A DNA stretch of 62,340 nucleotides, filler included, from Nemertoderma westbladi (Eukaryota; Animalia; Xenacoelomorpha): the NCBI GenBank assembly GCA_032718475.1. It is 4 parts of 4 records of this genome, joined end to end, with 100 filler letters (N's around TTAATTAATTAA, not from the genome) between each part and the next. Parts side by side here need not be neighbours in the genome. Positions count along the whole stretch, not along the records: positions 19,095 to 43,484 come from JAUCBJ010004182.1; 3 more parts are not named here. One strand, 5' to 3'. Position 1 is the first letter of the stretch; every line of letters begins with the position of its first letter. A program made the translations under genes and the position numbers. This document shows, piece after piece, positions 23,600-33,819 of the stretch. Below the pieces are notes generated by a model. It was not told where the DNA came from. It searched no databases and worked only from the letters and a program-made list of their open reading frames with translations.

Positions 23600-26077
23600 C
23601 TACCGCTCCTCTGGGATCCGCTTTCGGACTTTCGCCGCCACCTCCCTACTGATCCCGGTTGTTGGCTCCTTGGGCGCTGGTGTTATTAGTGCCCGATATA
23701 GCTTCGCCGGTGGCCCCTCAGAGTGGCCCTGTTGTCTCCCTCTGGTGGCGTCCCATAGGATCATCTTCATTGCTCGCGGCACGTGCTCCGCCAAGAAATC
23801 CCTAAACTCCCCTCGGTTCTCTGGCGTCCACCTGTCCAAGTATCTTTGTGTATTCATCACTCCGGCATACGACGCCGCCGTTGCTACCTCTTGATAGGTA
23901 ATCGGTAGCCTCCGCTTTATGATTTCCATGTGAGCCTCCTGATTGATAAGGAAGAAACCCCACTTGAACTCCTGGGCCTTCATGCGCTGGCGCGTCATGG
24001 CCCCGACGTCGGCCCACTCCTCGAATCTTCTGAACTTCTCTTCGTCGTCCATCCAGTCACACTGGCGTCCGTAGTGTCCCCGAAAGTTGCACTTCGGACA
24101 TCGGTTATGCAACCGTGGACACGCCCCCATCCTGTGGCTCGGCTCTCGGCAGTAGAGACAAAAGGTTCCCTTTTGGAACCGGTACAAGCAGCTCCTTTCC
24201 TGGTGGGTCTGTCTCCCACAGTAGTTGCAACCGAGTACCAATGTCTCCCGCCCCACGTCGTCTTTCGTCCCAAGCGATCTCCGCGGTCTGTGGAGTCGCT
24301 GGTAGGCGAACTTCTCCACGTTGGTATCCCTGTCTACGTCGATCTCTCCGCCCCTCTCGGGCATCGTCTCCCCGAATACTATCCGTGGTGCCGTCCCCGG
24401 TTGCTCGCCCAACCTGATAGTGCTCCCCGCGAAATCCATCGCCGGCTCCTCGTGCACCCAGGTCCGCTTGCCGGATCTGTTCCAGAAGGCCCTCGCCCCA
24501 CTGGCCGTCACCACCCTCCCGCCAACCCAGTCCGTGTCCGAGTGGCCAATCCTCTCGATGGACGGCACCCCTCCGAACTCATCGTCGTCCTCCTCCTCCT
24601 CTGGCAGTGGCTCCAACCCCGGTATCCCGATGGATCCACTATGTCCCTTCCCGCCTTGGCTCTCACCCATAGCTCTCCATCCCTCTAGCTCCCTTAACTT
24701 CCTTGGCGGTTGGTCGCCTTCGGCGCCCGCTGGTATGGGCATCGCTTGCAACCCCAACGTCGACTGTTTCGGCGATCCCACCGTCCATCCCAGTTCTCGC
24801 CCTAGAGACTCCCCCGAACTCCCTGACGAAGTCCAATGAAGTTCGTCTAAGCCTGCCTGTTCCTCGAAGCCGTAACTCTGCGTCCTGGCCTCCTCTTCCC
24901 TCTCCTCTGCTTCTATCCTCTCCCGTCTAGCGACTTCTTCCAGTCGCTTTGCTTCTCGTCTATCCGTCTCTAGCTGCTCCCATCTCTGATACGGCGTATC
25001 TGTCTCCCCGTCTACCAGATGTCGGCTGTTGTAGTACACCGACTCGCCCTTCAGCCCCGGGTGGTCTACCAGACCGTCGAAGGCCATTTTAAAGGTTCTC
25101 CTGTAGCTTAGGGGTGATCCCGATAACAGAAATGCCGCTGGTTCCCTCTCGATAACCACGGTCATAAATAAGTTAAGCAAACTTATCATCATCCAATCTT
25201 CCTGCAGGATATATCGCTTCTGATATACCTTTATCGCTCCTCTGCGGAATTGATATACCTCTTGCTTACCCGGTCTCGCTCCCCACTTTAGCGAGTTCGC
25301 TAGTTCTGCTCCGTATTCTTCCCTGAACTTCCCCCAGTCCATCGGTTTGTGGCATACGAGCCCCAATAGTTGGCCCATTGCCACCGCCCCGCATTTGCCT
25401 GTGTTTCCGACTACCCCCAACCCATCCGGTGCCGCCATAGCCATGAAGACCTTCTGCATATCCAGGAGGTTGGTGGCGTCCGGACCGATGATTCTCTCCG
25501 CGTCCTCGCGAATCGCCGATCCTACTTTCGTCGTCGACTTCTCTCTTACCAAGACTTGTACCGCTTTCGGCAACCGGTTTAGTTTCGGCCCGTCCTTCTT
25601 CCCATACGTTCCTAGATCGAATAAGAAGATGTCCCCATTTGGCGCGGCCAAATGTAGGAGTATGGTCCTGGCCGACCCCGCTGATCCTCGTCTCGAACCC
25701 TCCTCGTCTTCCACGGTTCCCTCGTCGTCTAGGATCATATATCCTCCCCTGTTGACAGACTCTATGAATCTCTTCCAATCCTTCCTCGGTGATTCCCTCG
25801 GGTACTTCGGGATCCCGAACTTCGCCTCGTCCCCTTTCACTACGTAGTGGAAGTGTTGGAAGATCGTGTTGTCCAGCGACGGCGTCCCGTAGGTCCTGAC
25901 CAGCCGCTGTTCGTGCATCTCCCGGAAGTGATCCTGCAGCGCTCGTGCCGCGTGACCCTTTTCCAACCTCTCGTAGTATCCTCTCGTCTTCTCTTCCGGA
26001 TGCCTCTCGGTGAAATCCGCCAGTATCTCCTTTCCTCCTGACTCCGCCTTTCTCTTTCTGATCAATTTGCTCGCCAT
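23600..26077 (-). CDS. DEDDy-type (RNase D/WRN/EXD-like) 3'-5' exonuclease domain + acidic linker + three CCHC zinc knuckles, ~825 aa
   Basis: ExoI-like YMILDDEG; ILLHLAAPNGDIFLFDL; LPKAVQVLV; ExoII-like KVGSAIREDA; LLDMQ; ExoIII-like YQKRYILQED; knuckles CNYCGRQTHQERSC, CLYCREPSHRMGAC, CPKCNFRGHYGRQC; first ATG at 26077 in context GGAATGG. Confidence 0.75.
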   Translation of the reverse strand: MASKLIRKRKAESGGKEILADFTERHPEEKTRGYYERLEKGHAARALQDHFREMHEQRLVRTYGTPSLDNTIFQHFHYVVKGDEAKFGIPKYPRESPRKDWKRFIESVNRGGYMILDDEGTVEDEEGSRRGSAGSARTILLHLAAPNGDIFLFDLGTYGKKDGPKLNRLPKAVQVLVREKSTTKVGSAIREDAERIIGPDATNLLDMQKVFMAMAAPDGLGVVGNTGKCGAVAMGQLLGLVCHKPMDWGKFREEYGAELANSLKWGARPGKQEVYQFRRGAIKVYQKRYILQEDWMMISLLNLFMTVVIEREPAAFLLSGSPLSYRRTFKMAFDGLVDHPGLKGESVYYNSRHLVDGETDTPYQRWEQLETDRREAKRLEEVARRERIEAEEREEEARTQSYGFEEQAGLDELHWTSSGSSGESLGRELGWTVGSPKQSTLGLQAMPIPAGAEGDQPPRKLRELEGWRAMGESQGGKGHSGSIGIPGLEPLPEEEEDDDEFGGVPSIERIGHSDTDWVGGRVVTASGARAFWNRSGKRTWVHEEPAMDFAGSTIRLGEQPGTAPRIVFGETMPERGGEIDVDRDTNVEKFAYQRLHRPRRSLGTKDDVGRETLVLGCNYCGRQTHQERSCLYRFQKGTFCLYCREPSHRMGACPRLHNRCPKCNFRGHYGRQCDWMDDEEKFRRFEEWADVGAMTRQRMKAQEFKWGFFLINQEAHMEIIKRRLPITYQEVATAASYAGVMNTQRYLDRWTPENRGEFRDFLAEHVPRAMKMILWDATRGRQQGHSEGPPAKLYRALITPAPKEPTTGISREVAAKVRKRIPEER

Positions 26078-26549
26078 TCCGAACACTCACTCGCTCACCT
26101 GTAAGGTGGTGCCTTACCAAGGCGCAATAAAGATGAGTGATGTATCTAAGATGTTCTGTACGGTCCGATAATGGCCTATTCCCTACTCAACTGCGCCCTT
26201 TTAGCCTAAATTATTACTAATTAATTCTAAAGCTAGTAAATACACCCTAATTTCAATTTCTGTCAGTTACTTTTATTATGTTCCAGAATAACTTTCCTAG
26301 TGTTGTCATAATTTGTAACTTTCAGCCCTATTCTATTTATCTTAGTTTAGTTTTAATTCTACTGTCCTACTACTTACTATTGCCTATGGATTATTCTATT
26401 CTCTAATCCACATTCTGGCCTACTCTGTGGGCCTGTGCAGTACAGCAGTATGCGTCGCGTGGCCACACGATTTACCCAGCTGTACTCATATGCCCCCCTC
26501 TCGCTACTAACTGCTAACTAATATCTATATCTTATCCCTTCTACCTCTT

Positions 26550-27140
26550 ACTCTCTCTCTAACTAACGGTACTACGTACCCTCTAACTCTTACTCTCTCT
26601 CTAACTAATGGTACTACGTACCCTCTAACTCTTACCTGACGGTACTACGTACCCTCTAACTCTCTAACTAACGGTACTATGTACCCTCTAACTCTTCTCT
26701 AACTAACGGTACTACGTACCCTCTAACTCTTCTCTAACTAACGGTACTACGTACCCTCTAACTCTCTAACTAACGGTACTACGTACCCTCTAACTCTCTA
26801 ACTAACGGTACTACGTACCCCCTAACTCTCTAACTAACGGTACTACGTACCCTCTAACTCTCTACTAACGGTACTACGTACCCTCTAACTCTCTAACTAA
26901 CGGTACTACGTACCCTCTAACTCTCTAACTAACAGTACTACGTACCCTCTAACTCTCTAACTAACGGTACTACGTACCCTCTAACTCTCTAACTAATGGT
27001 ACTACGTACCCTCTAGCTCTCTAACTAACGGTACTACGTACCCTCTAACTCTCTAACTAACGGTACTACGTACCCTCTGACTCTCTAACTAACGGTACTA
27101 CATACCTCCTAACTAACTAACTAACTCTAGGTACTACGTA
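26550..27140. repeat. 32-bp minisatellite with an internal hairpin
   Basis: Unit GGTACTACGTACCCTCTAACTCTCTAACTAAC (GTAC at 26903, 26935, 26967); about 17 copies. Confidence 0.93.
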
Positions 27141-27299
27141 CCTTCTTACTGACTAACTTCTGCCTACTAACTGCGTACCTACTATGTACTATTATTTTAT
27201 TTTTATTTTTAATTTTTTGTGTGGGAAGGGCGTCTCACCCTCAATCCCACCCCCCTCAGTCCAAATTTTGGACGACTAAACTCTTCTGTAACTCCACTA

Positions 27300-28885
27300 A
27301 GGTGCCCCTTCTAACAGACAGGTAACACCTCTGCCCGCACCTTTTACGGATCTAACTCTTCCATCCCAGTCCAACCTATTGGACAACTCAGCGACCCAAG
27401 GGGTGATTCCTCCAGCAGGCAACTCTCCCACTGCCACCCCACAGGTCCTCTAATTCTTCGCTCCGCTCTCCTTGTCAATTCTGGTGGCCTTTTCTCCTGT
27501 CTTTGGAAATGCTGTCTGTTATTTATGTTTCTGATCTCGTGGTCGTCCCTTGGCGGCAAAGTGCCACCCTTCAACGTGTCGCCCGGCGGTATAATGCCGC
27601 CCCTGTTCTTCTCCTTAATCTTAGATGCCACCTCTGCTGGCCTCCCCCTTAATATGTGTGCTGGCATTAAAGGCCTCGACGACCCCCGTTCGTCCTTCGG
27701 TATACACGATCTCTGCCCATGAAATGCCCCTTCGCACTCTGTCAGTCCCGCGTGCGTCTGCAGCATGCCTCCTACTTTCCCGGCTCCTTTGTCCATCACA
27801 CGCCCACCCACGGGCTTCTCAGCCCCTGGTCTGGTCGTCTCAAGTCTTCTCCCTTTCCATTTAGTCCTCCTGCTCGGCCTCCCCCTTGTCGGCATGCCTC
27901 CCAACCGGACCGGCATCTCTTCCGGACACTCCTCCAGCCTGTCCCCCGGACATTTTGCCGTCCGCTCCTCTCCATCTCCATACCGACGCTTGCTGGGACT
28001 CTTGTTCCAACCCATCATCTCTAGATCTTCTGCATCCATGCCATTCTCCTCCGCCCACTCTCTTGGTGTTGCTTCCACTTCTAGCTGTCTACCACTATTG
28101 CCCATCTCTGGCCTCTCCTCTATCTCGTCGACAGTTCCTGGCACCATGCATCCTGAACTCTCAGACACATGGAATGGTATATTACTCTTAATTGGGCCTG
28201 TCAGTGTCCACCCGAATGGTGTTAATATCGCCACCGGGTCACACTGCTTGTCTTCGCCGAAGACCGTTTGCATTCTTTCGTGGGCCGTTGGGCAGTCCAT
28301 TCCTACTATGATGGATACCTTCCTAACGTCCACATCTGGGATTGAGAAGTCAATGTCGTCCAGGAATTTATATTGCTCGACCTCGATGTTGGTTGGCCGC
28401 CTGGCATTGATATTAATTGACTCTATCACTTGGATGGGGTCGATGGTTGCCCCATAGTCGCATCCCGGTGCCACCGCTGCAATTGCGCACCGTCCTGTTC
28501 TCATCTCCAGGATCTCATCTTTGCTAGAGATGGTTGTTACCGCCATTCTGCTTGGCCTCGTTCTCAATCCTATCTCTTCGGCCACCCATTCCTCGACTAA
28601 TGTGAAGGCAGCTCCACTATCGACCAGCATTAGTGTTGTTACTGATCGATTGCCTTCTCCAATCACTCGCACGGGTACTACCCCAAGTAACACCATTCCC
28701 CTCTTCTTCGCCCCTACTGTGCTCGTTGCCATCGTTTGGCCTCTCCTTTGACCGAACTTTACCGGCTTCTCCTTGCATTCCCTTGCTCTGTGTCCACTCA
28801 TCACACATCGCGAGCAGATTTTATTGCTCAACGCATAATCTATTTGATCTTGCCTAGGTAGCGCCTGCCAGTACCTGCAGTTCAT
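27300..28885 (-). pseudogene. BEL/Pao gag knuckle + aspartic protease + degenerate integrase C-terminus; RT/RNase H missing
   Basis: CSRCVMSGHRAREC; VLLGVVPVRV; LMLVDSGAAFTLV; VSIIVGMD; AILTPFGWTLTGP; later LTECE...RPLMPAHILRGRP and, out of frame, PLGR...DGRVRSVK; no RT motifs in between. Confidence 0.8.
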
Positions 28886-31800
28886 GGTTTGATGAAGCGC
28901 ATTTGCGTGTAGCTGGCATTTGCTCTTTGGGTTGTAGCCCTCCTTATACAGTGCATCGCGTCTAGCGTCTTAAGCACGATTAGCGCCTTTTCGACTTTGT
29001 TAGCGAACGTCTTAATGCTAACGGGATTATCCTGTAAGCCACCCGATGTTATGCCTCTCAGTGTCTGTCTGATGATCTTGGCCGGGTGCCCGTATTCCCT
29101 GTCCAGTGCCCGCCATGCTGTCGTGAAGCCGCCCTCTATTCCTTGATATTGCCTCACGATATCGTATGCTGGGCCTCCCATGTATACGTGCAGATATTTT
29201 AGGCACTCCGCCTGCGTCAAGTTTTTTGTTAGTATTTCGTTACTATACATACGCCGAAACTGTAGATATTCTTCCGGCCTACTCCCATCGAATTTGAATG
29301 GTTCCACGGGTGGTAACTCGATCCTCGTTTTCAACGCATCGATCAACGTGGCCATCCCCATCGCCTGCGCTTCCAATGGGTTCGATGGATGCTGTATAGT
29401 TTCTCCTGTCTGGTGTGGTTCGTCCATCCTATTTCTTGATTTTCTTTGACTTGGGTATGTCATCGGGGGTAGCGGCCCCCTCCATATTTCTGTGTCACAC
29501 GACCTATTTTCATCCAAGGGTCTCGTTGTTCTTGCTCCTATCGGGGTATATTGTTGATATTGTGATGGGGAATGTCACCCTGTCCCCCCCCCCCCACCGG
29601 TATGTTTGGTACTGGGGTTGATGTTGGGGCCCATACACCTATCCGCAATAATTCCCCCCTCCCCTGGGTATATGTTATGTCCCTGCATGCTGTAGTCATA
29701 CTGCTGTACTGGTACCGGTATAGGCCTATCAGCTTCTGGCCTACTCGCCGGTATGTATTCCGCGACTTCCGGGTTTAATCCCGTTGTCCGCGCTATCCTA
29801 TCGCCTACATTGCCTCTCTCAGTATGGCCTATGGTATGTGCAGTAAGGCCTACAGTATGTCCTACAGTCTGCATGTGTCGCTCGGGATCGAAGTTTATTC
29901 TTCTCGAATAATCCTCCCCGCGGCTACCGTATTCTCGATCGGTAGGTGTATTCCGTCGGAAAGTTTCTCTTCGATCCCCCTCTCTACTGTTCTCGTCTTC
30001 GTACCGGTACATCGCGTACCCCTCCATCGGCGCGTAATGCACCTCACCAGGTCGCATCTCTCCGGGGCGACGGCAATCTCCCGGAGTCCGACACCACTGA
30101 CTCTCTGTTCTCATCTCGACTACCGACGGCTCGCTATCCGTCCTCGCTCTTCTATCGTTCGCGGCGATACCTCTAATACTGTCTTCTCTTCTTCTCCTTT
30201 CAGTGGAGTGTTCCCGCTCGTGAGATCTCTCGTCGACCTCCCGGTTAAACCCCACTGTTCTTCTTCCCTCTTCTGATCGGGCTCGACGCTTCGTCCGCCC
30301 TCTCACGACGTCAACCTGACTCTCTCTGCTCGGTCGTACGCCGTTGGGGATACTCGCAATCCCCCTATTACTCTCCGTCGCCGGGTGTTGCGGTTTACCT
30401 ATTTCGGCCCGCGCATTATCCGCTGATGGCTGTGGAGCACTCTCTGCCCCCCCCTTTCGCCGCTAACTCGCTGTTGTGGGGCCCCTGTAGCCCCCCCCCC
30501 CCCCCACTCGCCACATCTAACTTCACTACCTCTCACCACGCTACCGTATCCCTCTCTCGTCGACACATCAACCCTAACGCGGTCGGGTCTATTCACCCCC
30601 GCCTCTCCCTCTGCTATTGCGTGGCCTACCAGGCCCTCTACTCCCTGCCTACCAACTACATGGCCTACCAGGCCCTCGCTGGGTCTACCCAACCCAGCCA
30701 CTCCCTGCCTACCAACTACATGGCCTACCAGGCCCTCTCTGGGTTGGCTCAACCCCGCATCCTCCGGCCTACCAACTACGTGGCCTACCAGGCCCTCTCT
30801 GGGTCTACCCAACCCAGCCACTCCCTCCCTACCAACTACGTGGCCTACCAGGCCCCCATCTGCCTGGCCATACATGCCCGACGTGTTCACGTTAATAGCA
30901 CCCATATTGGAAACGGAATTAATTTGTTCATTTGAAACAAAATCATTTCAATTATTTTGTAAATTCGGGCTTGGATCATTACTTAAATTATTTGAGTTAT
31001 TATTATTTTCTAAATTTAAATTATTATTCGGATTATTTTGCACGTTTAAATTGAAATTATTATTTGTATTTAAATTTAAATTACTGCTACTAGGTAAAGT
31101 ATTATTTGCTGCAATAAAGGGATTAGGGTTATCCAATACGGTACTATTAATATTAATGACGTCTACTATGGCATTATTATTACCCCCCCCCCCCCCCCCC
31201 GCCCATACGGTCACACCAGTCTTGGGTCTGTCGTGCGGTCCCTGTAAGTGGGGTATTAATAAATGTATCCACAGCCCCTGGCTCCTCGAAAATACTCGAG
31301 CTAGCCCCACTCTCAGATGCCCCTATTCGCACCAGTTCCCGTTCGCGCATGTGTATAGCTTTGTACCCTGTAAGCTCACCTTGGCGTTTCTCTAATTCTT
31401 TTCGCTCACACTCCTTCCTTGCCATTCTCTCCTTACACTCCCGTGCGTCGCGCTCGGCCAATTCCAACTCTCTTCTAGCCCCCTCCCTTCGTCTCGCCTC
31501 ACGCTCTCTGCGTTCATTTTCCTCTCTCGCCTCGCATTCTTTGCACTCGTTTTCCTCTCTCGCCTCGCGTTCTTTGCACTCGTTTTCCTCTCTCGCCTCA
31601 CGTTCCCTGCGTTCGCTTTCCTCTCTCGCTACACGTTCCTTACGTTCCGCCTCACGCTCTTTGCGCTCATTTTTCTCTCTCGCTACACGTTCCCTACGTT
31701 CCGCCTCACGCTCTTCTTGTTCCTTCCTCCCTACTTCCTCACACTCCCTAAGGCTTCTCGCGGCCCTTTCGGCCCTCTCTCCGGTTTCCTTAATCAACGC

Positions 31801-32835
31801 CATTTCCCTCTCTAGCAGCACTCTCCCCTCCTCTAACCGTCTACCTACTTCCCTTTGACCTTGCTCTATCAAATCGAGATGGTACGTGGCATTTATCTCT
31901 CTCACTCGTCTTCCTTTCACGGAGGATGTAGCAGACTTATCGGTTACAACGGATTCCCTCTGCCTTCCCGACCTACTGACTTTCCCCCGCCTCCCGGAAC
32001 TTCCTCCGACCGACGAGGCCGAATCCTCGGGGTTAACCTCGGATTCGCCCTCCTCAGGTCTCTCCCAACCCACTAATTTTAGTCCCCGGGCATCGACTAA
32101 GTATGGCCCTACGTACACTACGCTAGGTTCCATACCCCTACACCGCCATAAGTCATACAGTTCCTCGGCAACCCCTCTCGCTCTCTCCTTGGCCAGTTCT
32201 CTTTGCCCGAAGCGCATTAGATAATTAAAGTGTTTATTCGACTCACCTAGTCCTTTCTTTAGTTTTACCTTGTCTATCGTCGCCCCTCCTCTGGCCTCCT
32301 TTAGCAGTTTCTGGGTCGCGTTGTAGGCCCATCGAAGTCGATCAGAAACCCCGACGTCCTCGTCGCCGACCTCTCTTCCGTCTCTCCGGGTCCGGCGTCG
32401 TACCGTCGGCCCCACCGTCGCCGTTTCGGTGGGCCGCTCGTCGCCCTCGGCCTGTGGCTGGCCGGCGACATCGGTACTGACATCTCCTCCGTCTCTCCGG
32501 GTCCGGCGTCGTACCGTCGGCCCCACCGTCGCCGTTTCGGTGGGCCGCTCGTCGCCCTCGGCCTGTGGCTGGCCGGCGACATCAGTACGTCGACCCACGT
32601 GCCGTGTCGACTCGTCTCCTTCTCCTTCTAACTCGTTCTCTCGATCCTCCAACTCGACTCCCCCTCCTCTCGACTCGACTTCTGACTCCAGACGGCCCCC
32701 CTCATCCTGAACTTCCGGGTCACCCATTACCGATGGGTCTGGCGTTGTGGGCCTGTACCGTCTGGTTGCGGCCTCGCGGATTGTTAGCTCTTCGTCAGGG
32801 GTCCGCGTCGGTGTCGTCTCGCCTGACCGACTCAT
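28882..32835 (-). pseudogene. Disrupted, very long BEL/Pao gag (coiled-coil and low-complexity N-terminus + DUF1759-like capsid region)
   Basis: 29517-28882 reads RIELPPVEPFKFDG..YLQF..LKYL..AWRALDREYG; upstream pieces (32835-31180 E/R coiled coil, N-rich part, 20-aa GLVGHVVGR repeats) are separated by shifts at poly-G runs and by single in-frame stops at ~30948 and ~29575. Confidence 0.75.
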
Positions 32836-32954
32836 CTCCGTTAACTCTAGATTGGTGGCTGGTAATCGCTGGGTTTAGTTGACTAGGGGAACAGCTCGGA
32901 TTTAATTACTGTGACGGGATCCAGGAAGGATCCCGGTTTATCCGGTTGTTTAGT
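32251..32954 (-). repeat. 704-bp direct repeat, copy A
   Basis: Matches 22361-23064. Confidence 0.93.
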
Positions 32955-33453
32955 TCACGCGTCCACGCCGTGTGTGAAAGGTAAAAAGAGTTCGTGTCGT
33001 TCGTCGTATATAATAATCGGCTGTACGGGTATATAGATATAGGTATAGATATAGATAATGTTGTCGTACACGGAAGGCGGGATACGGTAATTAAAGTCCC
33101 GGTCCTTCCCTAGCTAAACTAACTAACCTAACTAGCACCAATATGATACTGAGATAACTGAACGAAATGATTACTGCCAACTGGCTATATTGCACGGGTT
33201 GGCCTTGTTACTCTACCTAATCGATGCCTTTCCCCCCTCTGATTGGTTGATACCCTTGTTGGCGCCCTTTGGAGTGTTCCCGTTCACTCCACCTGTTCTC
33301 TCTGGGTTAGGGGTTTGGCCCCTGACCCTCATTGTGTTTCTCCTTCCCATTTTGTTGGGGTGACACGAGTTGGTGATTACCCAATCTCGTGGCCCCCAAT
33401 ATTGCTTATCGGCTTAACTTTATGGGGTGTTAGCGGGATTGAATAAGCTAACA
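32947..33453 (-). promoter_or_regulatory. Putative 5' LTR (~507 bp) of the BEL/Pao-derived element
   Basis: On the minus strand it starts TGTTAG at the gypsy junction and ends CTAAACA; it contains CCAATCAG, a TATA-like AATATA and an Inr-like TCAGTT; no second LTR copy in the window. Confidence 0.55.
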
Positions 33454-33790
33454 CCAACACACAGCCGTGCGTTCCAGATGGAACACCAGCAGGCTCGCAC
33501 GGAGCTCGACTGGGCAGTGTCCGCGCTCCTCGAGTCGCACGGAGCTCGACTGGGCAGTGTCCGCGCTCCTCGAGTCGCAGACGGAGGGTTATAACACCCA
33601 CGCAAAACCTCTCACACCTCTAGCTGTGTGCGACCCGGTGCGGGTCCAAAACCTATCCACGAAAAGGTGGGACCGCACCGGGACGATTGTGGAATCGGGC
33701 CTCAACCGGAAGTACACCCTACGGACTCCGTCTGGCTGATGTCTAATTCGCAACCGTCGTCACCTACTCCGGGATACCTCCATAGACACC
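33454..33790 (+). mobile_element. Decayed Ty3/gypsy integrase, 3' part (continuation of 21580-22360)
   Basis: PTHSRAF...YNTHAKPLTPLAVCDPVRVQNLSTKRWDRTGTIV...RKYTLRTPSG*CLIRNRRHL; includes a 40-bp tandem duplication near 33496-33575. Confidence 0.8.
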
Positions 33791-33819
33791 CCAGTGACCC
33801 AGGACACAGTTGCCGGGCC

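Larger units (their letters stand above)
22361..33453 (-). mobile_element. ~11 kb BEL/Pao-derived non-autonomous LTR element carrying an extra exonuclease ORF
   Basis: Minus-strand order: LTR-like end, gag, aspartic protease, integrase C-terminal remnant, minisatellite, DEDDy/CCHC ORF, second partial copy of the 5' internal region; it interrupts a gypsy integrase. Confidence 0.8.

Noticed and set aside
23436-32882. Numerous plus-strand ORFs over the BEL-derived element
   Set aside because: Antisense shadows of GC-rich minus-strand coding sequence; no motifs.
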